Positions 9,858 to 20,354 of a stretch of 64,000 nt of DNA are shown here, in pieces. The notes under the pieces are model-generated. The model worked only from the letters and a program-made list of their open reading frames with translations, did no database searches and was not told the DNA's origin. Source of the DNA: Alphaproteobacteria bacterium (lineage in GTDB: Bacteria; Pseudomonadota; Alphaproteobacteria; UBA6615); NCBI GenBank assembly GCA_965261975.1, contig CBDHEC010000008.1, forward strand, positions 64,001-128,000, in the 5' to 3' direction. Each line of letters starts with the position of its first letter. The stretch's first letter is position 1. The translations under genes were made by a program, and so were the position numbers.

Positions 9858-10705
9858 CCGCTCAATCTGATCTCGCCGAGACTGATGCTCTCACCGAGAG
9901 TTACCTCACGCTGCTCGGCACCCAGGCCTTCGGCGGAAATCGAGACGACATAGACGCCGCTCTCCGGAGCCACCCGGTCGATCTTGAAATCCCCATATCC
10001 ATCCGTGGTGGTTTCGGCGACGGTTTTTCCGTCCTGCGTCAGCACGATCCGGGCGCCCTCGACGCAATCTACGATCCCTTCACGTTCGGCCGAAACCGTC
10101 CCGCCAACAAAGCACTCGGCATATCGCCAGAGATTCTTGTAGTGCACACGGGCCTTGGTCTTGAGGTCGGGCCGGAGTGGTTCCAGGCCTTCTTCATCAG
10201 ACACTTTCTGCATGGCACCATCATCGACCTTGAGCGAGCGTAAAGCACCCGTCGGGCAAACATCGACACAGCGCGGCTCGGTCCAGCCGGCGTCGAGCAG
10301 ATGAGCATCGAAGATCCAGTGCTGAGGTATCTCCAGCTCTTCGTTCCAGAAAATCGCGCCATAAGGACACGCGTCGACGATCTGGCGCTGACCCTTGGAT
10401 TTTTCCGGATCGATCACGACGATCCCATCCGGGCGTTTCTTGATGGCGTCATCCTTGGCCGCAGAGATGCACGGCGCGTCGTCGCAGTGCTGACACATGG
10501 TCGGCAGGTAGGCGACGTCGGTCATGGTCCCCTGCCCGCGTTCTCGCCGCTTGATGTCGATCCAGCGATGCCCATGCTTGGGCATCTCGGCTGCATATCC
10601 GGCAAAGCTGTTGCCCACATGCTCGTCCTGCACGGCCAGGGTACAATTGTTGCAGTTCGTGCAGTTTGCGACGTCGACGATCAGGTTCCATTTGGGCTGA
10701 CTCAT
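9854..10705 (-). CDS. Fe-S (beta) subunit of a pyrogallol transhydroxylase-type molybdoenzyme, with a C-terminal beta-sandwich domain
   Basis: CxxCxxC...[16 protein letters not shown] and C..VCPTG. C-terminal [12 protein letters not shown] domain as in BthL-type subunits. Confidence 0.85.
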   Translation of the reverse strand: MSQPKWNLIVDVANCTNCNNCTLAVQDEHVGNSFAGYAAEMPKHGHRWIDIKRRERGQGTMTDVAYLPTMCQHCDDAPCISAAKDDAIKKRPDGIVVIDPEKSKGQRQIVDACPYGAIFWNEELEIPQHWIFDAHLLDAGWTEPRCVDVCPTGALRSLKVDDGAMQKVSDEEGLEPLRPDLKTKARVHYKNLWRYAECFVGGTVSAEREGIVDCVEGARIVLTQDGKTVAETTTDGYGDFKIDRVAPESGVYVVSISAEGLGAEQREVTLGESISLGEIRLSG

Positions 10706-13692
10706 GCCACGTCTCCCACGCTCACCGGTTCAATCCGCTCATACTCGACGACCCCGTCCCAGGGCACGATCTCGACCATGGTCGTGCTGTTGGCCATCGA
10801 GTGGGAATTCTTGATCTGCGATCGCCGGGGCGACAGCAGGTTGAGACAACCACCTCGGTCGACCGAACGTCCGGGCTCGCCCATGGGTTCGTAGACGGCC
10901 GCGGATTCGTAACCATGAGCGACGCCGGGCTGCAAACGCTCGGTCAGGAGTGCGGCGCACAGAACCGCGCCGCGATCGTTGAAAACCTTCACCAGATCAC
11001 CGGTCGAAATGCCACGCGCGGCTGCGTCGGTCGGGTTGAGGCGAAGCACCCAGTAATAATGACCGTCGATCAGCACCCGATGATCTGGGATGTCGTTCAG
11101 GAAACTGTCCTTGCCATCGCCATGGCTGTGGAAGCTGAAACGCGAATGGGGCGTGAGCAGCTGAAGCGGATAGCGATCGCCCAGCCCGGCGACCTTCGGC
11201 CCCTCCCAGGCTGAAGCATATTTCGCGATCGGCGGCCTCTCGGGGTCATCGGGCGCGAAACGTTTCAGGCTCGAACTCTCGAACTCGAACAGGCCCGACT
11301 GGGTTTGCAGCCCTTCGAGGAACTGCTCGGTGTAGTCGCCGGGCAACGGCATCGCTTCGGGAATGTTCTTCTTCTCGCCGTCGGCGAACCATTTATAGGC
11401 CGTCGGTGCACGAAGCTCGGGCGCCTCGGGCGGCACCACGAAATAGCCGCGCTCGATGAACTTCTTCCACGAGATGTGCTGCGGCAGGTCGGACGCATCG
11501 AACATCCGCTTCACCCAGTCGATGTCACGCATGCCCTCCGTATAGTAGGCGCCAAGGCCCAGCCGGCAGGCCAGGCGCGAGAAGATCTCGTAGTCGGATT
11601 TCGATTCCCCGACCGGCTCGATGCATTTGGCCTGGAAGGTGATGATCCGGTTGTTGGTCTGGGAATGGAAATGGGCCCCGTAACCACCGGCATTGGCCCA
11701 CTCGCCGATATCGTAGCGTTCCATGCTCGTACAGGCCGGCAGGATGACATCGGCAAACCGGGTATCGCCCTCCTCCCAGATCGCCTGGCTGACGGCGAAC
11801 TCCAGGTTGGGCGACCGGTACATTTCCACGAAACGGTTGGAATCACTCAACGTGCCCAGGATCGCCGTGCCGTAGCGATAAAGCATGTGCACGGGCGAGT
11901 GACCCTGTTTGGGATAGCTGATCTTGGTGAACTGACCTTCCATCGAAAGCGCGTCCCACAAGAACCCCTCGGCATGTCCGTCGATGATCGCGTCGGGCAG
12001 ACGCAAGCGCGGAATTTTCTGGGTCGAGGGATTCATCGTCGGCAGTTGGGGCATGCGCTGATAGAGCGCGCCGGCCAACGCGGTGTTGTTCAGATCACCC
12101 GAGATGCCGCCTTCGGCATAGCCGGGGAAATAGAAACTGAAATCATGCGGCACGCCGAGCTGAAGATTGCTGACATTGATCCCGGGCTTGCCCAACCCCT
12201 GCATGCCCATGAGGCAGACGAGCATCCGGGTCCACTGGCTGCCCGTCGCGTTTCGCGCGGCACCGCCGAACGCGTTGCCCATGCTGCCGGCGGCCAGGTA
12301 GGTCCGCTTGGAGGCCCATTTGCGCGCCAACGCGCGGACGTCCTTGGCGGGGACACCGGTTTCGGTCTCCTGCCATTCCGGTGTCTTCGCGATTCCGTCT
12401 TCGGTCCCGAGGATGTAGTCGCGCCATGTCTCGAATCCCTTGGTCCGGGTCGCGACATACTCCTTGTCGTAGGTTCCTTCGGTGATCCAGACATGCGCGA
12501 TGGCCAGGGCCAGCGCCGGCGACGTGGTCGGCTTCGGCGCAATCCATTTGCCGCCGAGGAATTGTGCGGTGTCGTTGTAGTAGGGATCGATGTGGACAAT
12601 CTCGATGTCGATATCGCGCAGCCACTGACGCCGGACCGTGCCTTCCTGCCCACCATAGACGCCGCTGGTCGCCTCCGGATTGCTCGACCAGAAGACGATC
12701 ATCTCAGCGTTCTCGAGGCAGTCCTCGATGGTGCCGAAGGGTTCGCCACCGCCGACGCGCAAACTGCCGCCCCAATGGTGCAACGCCCCCCAGTACCAGC
12801 CCTCCCAGCTGTCGGGATTGTGGTGCACGTCGGTCGTGCCGATGGCATTCATGAAGCGCAGCTTGGCGCTGAGGTAGTAACCTATGTTGCCCCAATTGTG
12901 ATGGGAGCCGTTGCTCGACGCGATCGCGCCGGTGCCATGCTCGCGCTTCATGCGCTTGATTTCACCCGCGACAATGTCCAGCGCCTCGTCCCAGCTGATG
13001 CGCTCATAACCGGACACACCCCGATTCTGGATATTGCGCTCCCCATTCGGGTCGAAATCGACACGCTTCATCGGATACTGAATCCGGTTCGGCGCGTTGA
13101 CCATCGCCTTCCAGTTCATCGCATGGGGCGACAGCATACCCTTGCGCGGCGGGGTGAATTCCCTGCCCCGCGCCTTGATCGTCCAGGTCCCGGCGTCTTC
13201 TCCATCGAAGGCAACCGGCGTGGTGCGCAGAATTTCACCGTCGCGGACATAGACAAATAGCGGCCCGCCATTGGTCATGGTGCAGAAGCGCGTGGTCCCG
13301 TCTTTCATCTTGCGCCCGAACTTCCAGCCGGCCGACAGGGCGGCCATCACGGTCTGGGCGAACCACAATGCGTCATCATCGGGACCTTCCAGACGCACCA
13401 GAAAATTCTTCAACGCATCAATCTGTTCCAACTGATCAATCGGCGGCATCAACAACCGGGCCCCGATCTTGGCTGTCTTGAAGACCAGCGATACGGTCGG
13501 CGCGTCGTGCAAACCCGCGCCCGATCGCACGCGACCATCTTCAAAAATTATGTAGCGACCCGATTTGCCGTCCTCGCTGCGGATCTGAACCACGATATTG
13601 CGTTCGCGCAAACGCGCCCGGAAGGCCGGATAGCGCCACCCGGAAACCCGGAACATCCACGACAGACCCCAAAGGATGATCTTGAACAGCAT
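10702..13692 (-). CDS. Mo/W-bis-PGD oxidoreductase large subunit, pyrogallol-phloroglucinol transhydroxylase (AthL)/resorcinol hydroxylase clade, with an N-terminal SCP2-like extension
   Basis: [55 protein letters not shown] and PHSRFSFH motifs. No Tat signal and no N-terminal Fe-S motif. Confidence 0.85.
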   Translation of the reverse strand: MLFKIILWGLSWMFRVSGWRYPAFRARLRERNIVVQIRSEDGKSGRYIIFEDGRVRSGAGLHDAPTVSLVFKTAKIGARLLMPPIDQLEQIDALKNFLVRLEGPDDDALWFAQTVMAALSAGWKFGRKMKDGTTRFCTMTNGGPLFVYVRDGEILRTTPVAFDGEDAGTWTIKARGREFTPPRKGMLSPHAMNWKAMVNAPNRIQYPMKRVDFDPNGERNIQNRGVSGYERISWDEALDIVAGEIKRMKREHGTGAIASSNGSHHNWGNIGYYLSAKLRFMNAIGTTDVHHNPDSWEGWYWGALHHWGGSLRVGGGEPFGTIEDCLENAEMIVFWSSNPEATSGVYGGQEGTVRRQWLRDIDIEIVHIDPYYNDTAQFLGGKWIAPKPTTSPALALAIAHVWITEGTYDKEYVATRTKGFETWRDYILGTEDGIAKTPEWQETETGVPAKDVRALARKWASKRTYLAAGSMGNAFGGAARNATGSQWTRMLVCLMGMQGLGKPGINVSNLQLGVPHDFSFYFPGYAEGGISGDLNNTALAGALYQRMPQLPTMNPSTQKIPRLRLPDAIIDGHAEGFLWDALSMEGQFTKISYPKQGHSPVHMLYRYGTAILGTLSDSNRFVEMYRSPNLEFAVSQAIWEEGDTRFADVILPACTSMERYDIGEWANAGGYGAHFHSQTNNRIITFQAKCIEPVGESKSDYEIFSRLACRLGLGAYYTEGMRDIDWVKRMFDASDLPQHISWKKFIERGYFVVPPEAPELRAPTAYKWFADGEKKNIPEAMPLPGDYTEQFLEGLQTQSGLFEFESSSLKRFAPDDPERPPIAKYASAWEGPKVAGLGDRYPLQLLTPHSRFSFHSHGDGKDSFLNDIPDHRVLIDGHYYWVLRLNPTDAAARGISTGDLVKVFNDRGAVLCAALLTERLQPGVAHGYESAAVYEPMGEPGRSVDRGGCLNLLSPRRSQIKNSHSMANSTTMVEIVPWDGVVEYERIEPVSVGDVA

Positions 13693-13722
13693 GCGTCTTC
13701 CCCAACCCCGCGACAGGCAGGC

Positions 13723-14556
13723 CTATTCGGCGGTGTAACCACCATCAATATAAAGCGTGTGACCGGTCACATAATCGGACGCCGGCGACAGAAGATAAAT
13801 CAGTCCGCCCATTAGATCGTCTGTCTCCGACAGCCGGCCGACAGGCACACGTTCGAGCATCGCTTCGCGCGTGGCCTTGCCCGGATCCTCGTCCGAGAAC
13901 ATCCATTCCGACAGCGGTGAGCGAAAAACCGTCGGCCCGATGGCGTTGATATTGGCGTTCTTGCCACCCCATTCACAGGCCAGCGCCCTGACCATGCCGT
14001 CCAGCCCCGCCTTGGATGCGCAGTAACCGGTATAGCCCGTCGGCAGGCCATGGCGGCCGCGCGTGGACGAGACCACGACCACTTTCGACCGTCCGCGTTC
14101 GGTCGGTTGCTTGGCGAATTGTCGGCCTGCCGCCTGACAGGCCAGCCAGTAACCGTCCAGGTTGGCGGACATCACGTTGCGCCAGCTTTCGTAGGATTGT
14201 TCCTCGATATAGCCGACATCATTCATGCCCGTGGCAACAAACATCAGGTCGAGAGCGCCAAAGGCCTCGACCGCGGCGGAAACCATATTCACCGCGTTGG
14301 TCTCGCTGTCCGGCAACCCGATCGCCGTGGCGACCCTGGCGCCGGTGTCGCGCAACTCGTCGGCCTTGGCTTCGACCTTGTCGGGGTTGAGATCCGCGAT
14401 CGTTACATCGCAGCCCATCTGCGCCAGCGCTGTCGCCGCCGCGCCGCCGAAGGAGCCGGTTGCGCCCATCACAAGGGCGGACTTGCCCGAAATATCGAAC
14501 ATGGAAAGTGGTGAATTCTGAGCCAAGGTTAGGTTCCCCGTGTTGGTCGTCATCAT
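13723..14556 (-). CDS. SDR oxidoreductase, phloroglucinol reductase-like
   Basis: GATGSFG, catalytic YxxxK in GYTGYCASK, PTVFRSPLSEWMF and DGGY motifs. Confidence 0.8.
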   Translation of the reverse strand: MMTTNTGNLTLAQNSPLSMFDISGKSALVMGATGSFGGAAATALAQMGCDVTIADLNPDKVEAKADELRDTGARVATAIGLPDSETNAVNMVSAAVEAFGALDLMFVATGMNDVGYIEEQSYESWRNVMSANLDGYWLACQAAGRQFAKQPTERGRSKVVVVSSTRGRHGLPTGYTGYCASKAGLDGMVRALACEWGGKNANINAIGPTVFRSPLSEWMFSDEDPGKATREAMLERVPVGRLSETDDLMGGLIYLLSPASDYVTGHTLYIDGGYTAE

Positions 14557-14593
14557 TTGATGGCGACCAGACTACCCGGTTTTGCGCGCGGGC

Positions 14594-16171
14594 TCACCAG
14601 TGCCCGATCAGCACACCCGATTTACCTTCCTTCACCTTGAATTCGCGCACGAAGGATTCGGGCGACGTGACCCGATACTTCAGCCCGCTCTGCCAGTCGG
14701 CGAGCCGGCGATGCAGCCGGACACGCTCGGCTTCATGGGCGGGGTCGGCACCCAGATCCTGCAGTTCATCGGGGTCGGATTCGAGATCAAACAACTGTGC
14801 GCGGTAGCCTTCATAGGCAATGTACTTCCAGCGCCCCTCGCGCACCATGAAGGTGCGGCACTGGTCCGTCGGCCGTTCCAGCGGGTCACGCACATCGGAA
14901 TAGAAGGCGTAGTCGAGCTCGCTGAAGACCGCGTCACGCCAATCGTCGGGGTCTTCCCCGCGCAACAGCGGCAGGAGCGATCGGCCCTCGACGATATTGT
15001 CGGGAATCTCGAGACCGGCGGCATCGAGGATTGTCGGGACCACATCGATCGCCTCGGCAAACCGGTTGTCGACCGTGCCGCGCGTGCTGTCGGCCGCGCT
15101 GTCGGGGTCGTAGACGATGAGCGGGATGCGCGAAGATTGCTCATGATACATCTCCTTCTCGCCCATCCAGTGATCACCGAGATAGTCACCATGGTCGCTG
15201 GTGAAGACGATCATCGTGTCGTCGAACCGCCCCGCCTTGTCGAGCGCTTCGAACACACGACCTAGATGGCTATCGATCTGCGCGATCAAACCCATATAGG
15301 CCGGGATGACGGTTTCGCGAACTTCATCGCGCTGAAACTCGCGCCCCTCTTCGCGGGCCATGAAGGCCTGGATGACTTCATGATCGGTGTCGCGTTCCTC
15401 GGCAGAGCGCACTGCCGGCAGAATATCGTCGACGCCATACATGTTGTGATAGGGCGACGAGACGATATAGGGCCAGTGAGGCTTGATGTAGCTGAGGTGC
15501 AGACACCAGGGGTCATCCCCCTGCTCGGCGATGAACTCGATGGCCCGATCAGACATATAGGCCGTCTCGCCCATCTCATCGGGCACGACCGCGGGCAGGC
15601 CGCAATTGCGCATGTTCCAGCCGCTCAGAACATTGCCGTCAGGGTCGGTCGCCGAGTTGGCGAAGTCATGCCAGGGATTGTCGCTGTCGAAGCCGTTCGC
15701 GCGCAGATAGTTTGCATAGTCGGATTCGATACGACCCGCGGCGGCCGGGTGGATGCCGTCGTCGCGAACCACATAGTCGAACCCACCTCGCATCAAGCCG
15801 CTCCCGGCTGCGCTGTCCGGCTCGATGCCGAGGCGCGCCATGCCCGTCTTGTCTGCGAAGTGATGGGTCTTGCCCGCCAGTGCGACACGCATATCAGACG
15901 GGCGAAGCAGATCGCCGAGCATCATTTCCCCGACCGGTAACGGTACGAAGTTCCAGAACGCGCCATGACTTGCCGCGTAGCGCCCGGTGTAAAAGGACAT
16001 GCGTGACGGCCCACAAACCGGCGCCTGAACATAGGATTTCGCGAAGCGCACGCCGCGCGCGGCCAACGCATCGATATTGGGCGTTTTCAGGGTCGGATGC
16101 CCTGCGCACGACAGGTAATCAGCGCGCAGCTGATCACACATGATGAATAAGACGTTCCGGACGGTTCCCAT
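14594..16171 (-). CDS. Cytoplasmic formylglycine-type sulfatase/phosphonate monoester hydrolase family protein
   Basis: NVLFIMCDQLR, CGPSR (CxPxR), GKTH, KPHWPY and TSDHGDYLGDH motifs. No signal peptide. Confidence 0.9.
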   Translation of the reverse strand: MGTVRNVLFIMCDQLRADYLSCAGHPTLKTPNIDALAARGVRFAKSYVQAPVCGPSRMSFYTGRYAASHGAFWNFVPLPVGEMMLGDLLRPSDMRVALAGKTHHFADKTGMARLGIEPDSAAGSGLMRGGFDYVVRDDGIHPAAAGRIESDYANYLRANGFDSDNPWHDFANSATDPDGNVLSGWNMRNCGLPAVVPDEMGETAYMSDRAIEFIAEQGDDPWCLHLSYIKPHWPYIVSSPYHNMYGVDDILPAVRSAEERDTDHEVIQAFMAREEGREFQRDEVRETVIPAYMGLIAQIDSHLGRVFEALDKAGRFDDTMIVFTSDHGDYLGDHWMGEKEMYHEQSSRIPLIVYDPDSAADSTRGTVDNRFAEAIDVVPTILDAAGLEIPDNIVEGRSLLPLLRGEDPDDWRDAVFSELDYAFYSDVRDPLERPTDQCRTFMVREGRWKYIAYEGYRAQLFDLESDPDELQDLGADPAHEAERVRLHRRLADWQSGLKYRVTSPESFVREFKVKEGKSGVLIGHW

Positions 16172-16246
16172 CGATACACCTGCAGCTTCCCCACAATATC
16201 GCCGACAACTCTATGCAACCAATGGATGACGACAGCCGACATTTCC

Positions 16247-16272
16247 GGAGGTTTTCGTGCAGTGAAACCTCC
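16247..16272. promoter_or_regulatory. Inverted repeat, putative IclR operator
   Basis: GGAGGTTT-N10-AAACCTCC in the divergent intergenic region between the sulfatase and the regulator. Confidence 0.45.
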
Positions 16273-16318
16273 TGCTAGATTGCGCGCCTGAATTATCCAA
16301 AATCCTCGGCGAGATTAG

Positions 16319-17119
16319 ATGACAGGCCTGCAACCCATACGTGCGATCGAACGCGGCATCTCCGTGATGCGCGCGCTCGAAGAGTTGGGGACCGCCAGCC
16401 TGCATCAATTACACGAGAAAACCGGGCTGCACCGCACGACCCTGCTGCGCATTCTTGTGACGCTCGAGCAACAGGAGCTGGTTCGCCGTGGGCTCGGCGA
16501 CGGCCTGTACCGGAACACCTTCGGTCTGCGCCGCATGACCGGGACACTGGACGAGTTCGACCGGTTGGCCGAGATCGCCGGCCCCGTCCTCGGCCGGCTG
16601 TGCGAAACGGTCAAATGGCCGTCCGACCTGATGGTGCGCAATGGCGATTTCATGGAGATCAAGGAGACCAGCCGGCGCCAGACACCCTTCCTGATGAACC
16701 GCGACGAGATCGGCCATCAGGTCGCATTCGCCGTGACCGCCGTCGGCCGCGCCTATCTGGCATTCTGCCCCGAACACGAACATGACGAGATCGTCGCCGG
16801 CCTCAGCAAATCCTCCCACCCTGCAGACCAGATCGCCCGCACACCGGAGAAGCTGGAGGCCATCCTCGACGAGGTCCGCGCCAACGGCTACGCCACCCGT
16901 GACGAGTTCTATCTCGGCGGAAACTATGGCGAGAACACGTTCTTCGACGACGGCCTCAGCGCGATTTCCGTGCCGCTCCGGGTCGAAGACCAGGTCCTGG
17001 GTTGTGTCAATCTTGTCTGGATGCGGCAGGCGGTGCCGGTGGAAGAATTTGTCGCGAACCATCTGGCGGATTTACGCGCGGCTGCCGACGAGATCGTTAC
17101 CGCCTATATCGAACCCTAG
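16319..17119 (+). CDS. IclR family transcriptional regulator (MhpR-like)
   Basis: N-terminal HTH (TGLHRTTLLRILVTL), plus WPSDL, TAVGRAYLAFC and ISVP motifs. Confidence 0.9.
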   Translation: MTGLQPIRAIERGISVMRALEELGTASLHQLHEKTGLHRTTLLRILVTLEQQELVRRGLGDGLYRNTFGLRRMTGTLDEFDRLAEIAGPVLGRLCETVKWPSDLMVRNGDFMEIKETSRRQTPFLMNRDEIGHQVAFAVTAVGRAYLAFCPEHEHDEIVAGLSKSSHPADQIARTPEKLEAILDEVRANGYATRDEFYLGGNYGENTFFDDGLSAISVPLRVEDQVLGCVNLVWMRQAVPVEEFVANHLADLRAAADEIVTAYIEP

Positions 17120-17130
17120 GGACGCCGGCG

Positions 17131-17937
17131 CTATTGCGCCGCGAACGAAAGCCGCCCACCCGCCGGCAGACCAGCGATCTCCGGTGGCGCGATCCCGGCA
17201 ACCTCGAGAATCATTTTCTTCAACACCGCCTCGGCAAAGCTGATCGTCTCGTCGACGGTCACGACAAAAGCCCCCGTGCCGCCAATGATCTGTTCGCGGA
17301 ACTCCTGCTCCAGCGAGACCGCGCGCGGCGGGCGGGTGCTGCCCGGCCGGCTGATGGCCAGGCCATTGATCGTGATGCCCGTGGCGACCGCATTGCCGCG
17401 CGCCAGGGCCAACGGCATCCCCCCGATATTCCCGGCATCGGCGGAGATATCAATAATCCGCCGCGCGCCGCGATAGGGGTTGGCCTCGATCAGATTCTGG
17501 GAATAGGCAATGGCGTTACTGATCGAGTTAAATCCCCAGGCCTGGCGCGGGGCATCGACCAGCGCGGCGCCGAACGCGGCCGCCGATTCCGGGCCGTCGA
17601 TCACGGTCTAGTCCACAATCGTGTGCTGAGATTCCGCACTGCCCCACTCGACATAGGCAATCACGCTCCGACCATGGATGCCGCCGGTCAATAATTCCAG
17701 GACACGCGGATTGCGCACGGCATCGGCATAACCTTCGCGCTGCAGCGCCAGTTCGGCATCGTCGATGGACCCCGAGCCGTCGGCCGCAAGCACAAGTTCA
17801 AGATCGACCGGTTGCTGCGCAGCAGCCATACCGGCAGCCAAGGTGCCACCGAGGATCACCAGCGCGGCGGCAATTCTGTTTATCTGTTGATAAATGACAC
17901 CTCTCCCCTGAATGGCGCCCGCGTGAAGACCGAGCAT
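17131..17937 (-). pseudogene. DUF1194 (vWA-like) secreted protein interrupted by TAG
   Basis: VDLELVLAADGSGS and IIDISAD..N / GITINGLAI halves lie in the same frame, separated by TAG at 17608-17610 (IVD*TVID) where Trp is expected. Confidence 0.8.
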
Positions 17938-17993
17938 TCCCTACCCACAATAGAAGCTCTATTCTCGATACGCACCCAACAAGGCAGGCTACC

Positions 17994-18539
17994 ATGCGCA
18001 TCTCCGAAATCGACCCCGACACCCTGACCGCCGAACAGAAAGAAATTTATGACAGGATCACCGCCGGCCCTCGTGGCCAGGTGCGCGGCCCCTATCACGC
18101 CTATCTCCTGCATCCCGGCGTGTGTGAAGGGGTCGAGCGGATGGGACACTTCCTGCGCTTTGCAGCGACCTTGCCCGGAAACCTGCGCGAGCTGGCGATC
18201 CTTGTTGTCGGACGCCACTGGAAGGCCGAGTTCGAATGGTTCGCCCATGCCCCCATCGCCATCCGCGAGGGACTGTCCGAAGACATCGTCGAAGCGATCC
18301 GCGCGGGAACGCCCCCCGGCTTCGCAAACGATGACGAGGCGGCTATCTATGGCTTCGTGCGCGCACTTCTCGAGACCGGGCGGGTCGACGACGATGTCTA
18401 TGCCGACATGAAATCGCGCTTCGGCGAAGATGGCATCGTTGAACTCACGGGGATCGTCGGCCACTACACCGGCGTGGCAATGACCCTCAACAGTTTCGAG
18501 ATCGTGCCCCCCGACGGCGAGCGGCCGACCTTCCCCTAG
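17994..18539 (+). CDS. Carboxymuconolactone decarboxylase/AhpD-like family protein
   Basis: GPRG..RGP, LRELAIL, EFEWFAH and VELTGIVGHY motifs. Confidence 0.85.
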   Translation: MRISEIDPDTLTAEQKEIYDRITAGPRGQVRGPYHAYLLHPGVCEGVERMGHFLRFAATLPGNLRELAILVVGRHWKAEFEWFAHAPIAIREGLSEDIVEAIRAGTPPGFANDDEAAIYGFVRALLETGRVDDDVYADMKSRFGEDGIVELTGIVGHYTGVAMTLNSFEIVPPDGERPTFP

Positions 18540-18554
18540 CCGCCGGCAGCGCGC

Positions 18555-19736
18555 CTAGAAAATCTCGAACAGGCCGGCCACGCCCATGCCGCCGCCGACA
18601 CACATGGTGACGACGGCGTTCTTGGCACCGCGACGATGCCCCTCGATGAGCGCATGCCCGGTCATCCGGTTGCCGCTCATGCCATAGGGATGCCCGATCG
18701 AGATCGAACCGCCATCGACATTGTATTTTTCCGGGTCGATGCCCAGCGTGTCTCGGCAATAGAGCGCCTGGACAGCGAACGCTTCGTTCAATTCCCAAAG
18801 GTCGATATCATCGACGTTGAGGCCATTACGCTCCAGCAGGCGCGGTACGGCAAACACCGGCCCGATGCCCATCTCGTCGGGCTCACACCCGGAAACGGCC
18901 AGGCCGAGATAGCGCCCGAGCGGCTCGAGACCGCGCTGCTCGGCGAGCTTCTCATCCATCACCACGCACGCGCTGGCACCATCGGAAAGCTGGCTGGCGT
19001 TTCCCGCAGTGACCGACCCGCCCTCGCGCACGGCGCCGAGGCCGGCCAGGCTCTCCGAGTTCGTCGTTGGCCGGTTGCATTCGTCACGATCAAGGGTCAC
19101 AGCCTTCTCGCTGACCTCGCCGGTCTCCCGGTCCTTCACCATCATGGTTGTCTCGACGGGGACGATTTCATCGTCGAAACGGCCCGCCTGCTGAGCCGCT
19201 GCGGTGCGCATCTGGCTCGACAAGGCATACTCATCCTGGCTCTCGCGGCTGACGTCATATCGATTGGCCACCGTCTCGGCCGTGTCGAGCATGACCATGA
19301 AGATCTCGGGTTTCACATCGCGCACATGAGGGTCCTCGACCCGCATATCGGCCTGATGCGCCGGGTCCAGGGCGCTGATCGCCTCGATGCCTCCGGCCAC
19401 GGCGACCGGCACCTTGTCCATGACCACGCGGTTCGCCGCCGAGGCAATCGACTGCAGGCCCGACGAACAGAAGCGGTTGATCGTGGCCGCGCCTGCGGTC
19501 ACCGGGACACCCGCCCACAACGCCGCATGGCGGGCAAAATTCTGTCCGGTCGCACCCTCGGGGTTGGCACAGCCCATCAGCACGTCTTCAACCATGTCAG
19601 GTTCGATCCCGGCGCGCTCGACCGCGTTCTTGATCGCGATCCCACCAAGTTTCGCCGGCGTGGTGTTGTTGAAAGATCCGCGATACGCCTTCCCGATCGG
19701 GGTCCGGGCGGTGGATACGATAACGGCACTGGTCAT
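18555..19736 (-). CDS. Thiolase (acetyl-CoA C-acyltransferase)
   Basis: NRFCSSG, NEAFA, GHPYG and MCVGGGMG motifs. Confidence 0.95.
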   Translation of the reverse strand: MTSAVIVSTARTPIGKAYRGSFNNTTPAKLGGIAIKNAVERAGIEPDMVEDVLMGCANPEGATGQNFARHAALWAGVPVTAGAATINRFCSSGLQSIASAANRVVMDKVPVAVAGGIEAISALDPAHQADMRVEDPHVRDVKPEIFMVMLDTAETVANRYDVSRESQDEYALSSQMRTAAAQQAGRFDDEIVPVETTMMVKDRETGEVSEKAVTLDRDECNRPTTNSESLAGLGAVREGGSVTAGNASQLSDGASACVVMDEKLAEQRGLEPLGRYLGLAVSGCEPDEMGIGPVFAVPRLLERNGLNVDDIDLWELNEAFAVQALYCRDTLGIDPEKYNVDGGSISIGHPYGMSGNRMTGHALIEGHRRGAKNAVVTMCVGGGMGVAGLFEIF

Positions 19737-19760
19737 TCTCTCTCTCCTACTGGCAACGGC

Positions 19761-20342
19761 CTAGACATGGCCGAAGCGCCAACGCTCGATTGTAAGGCTG
19801 CGGCCCTCGGGACCACGTGACAGAGGCTCATCGGCCAGCAACGCATCCGCGCCCGCCCGATCATCCATATCGACGACATAGAGTGCGCCGGTCACGGTGT
19901 CGCGCTTGTCATTCAGCAGCGCCCCGGCAAAGACGACCCGCTCGCGATACTTCGCGAGGAAGTTCGACACATCCCCCGGCACATGGTCCGACGATCGCGG
20001 GTCGGTGCGCGCGATGACAATGAACTGGGCCCGTCCCTCGGTCTGGGCATAGTCGCGCTGTCGCACATCGGTCCAGGGCTGCAGCGGCTCGATGTCGATA
20101 CGACGGAAAATCTCGGCTGTCGTATAGGGGTCGGTGTCGATGTAGGTCTTCGCGTCGGCGCGGTCGGGAAAATCAATGACCCTGAAACTGCCATTCGCAT
20201 TCGAGCCATCGCCGACCATCATCGGCCCGGAATACCAGGTCTCGGCCTTGAACTTGTCGAGATGGGCCTTATGCGCCTCGAGGGTCGCTTCGCGGGTCGC
20301 GGCCATGTCCGGCTTGGATACACATTTGATCATCCACTCCAT
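19761..20342 (-). CDS. Tandem YciI-domain protein
   Basis: Two repeats of the R...H...L..(S/A)G(P/A)...GS/GA......A.....DP(Y/L) pattern. Confidence 0.75.
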   Translation of the reverse strand: MEWMIKCVSKPDMAATREATLEAHKAHLDKFKAETWYSGPMMVGDGSNANGSFRVIDFPDRADAKTYIDTDPYTTAEIFRRIDIEPLQPWTDVRQRDYAQTEGRAQFIVIARTDPRSSDHVPGDVSNFLAKYRERVVFAGALLNDKRDTVTGALYVVDMDDRAGADALLADEPLSRGPEGRSLTIERWRFGHV

Positions 20343-20354
20343 GGAAACGCCCTC

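Noticed and set aside
11305-13260. 651-aa plus-strand ORF and other long antisense ORFs (5523..6821, 18636..19820, 44835..46214, 48052..49632, 51788..52909)
   Set aside because: These are shadow ORFs opposite well-supported genes, as expected in high-GC DNA, and show no motifs.
10702-13692. Respiratory DMSO/TMAO/nitrate reductase
   Set aside because: No Tat signal, membrane anchor or chaperone gene. The motifs match the transhydroxylase clade.
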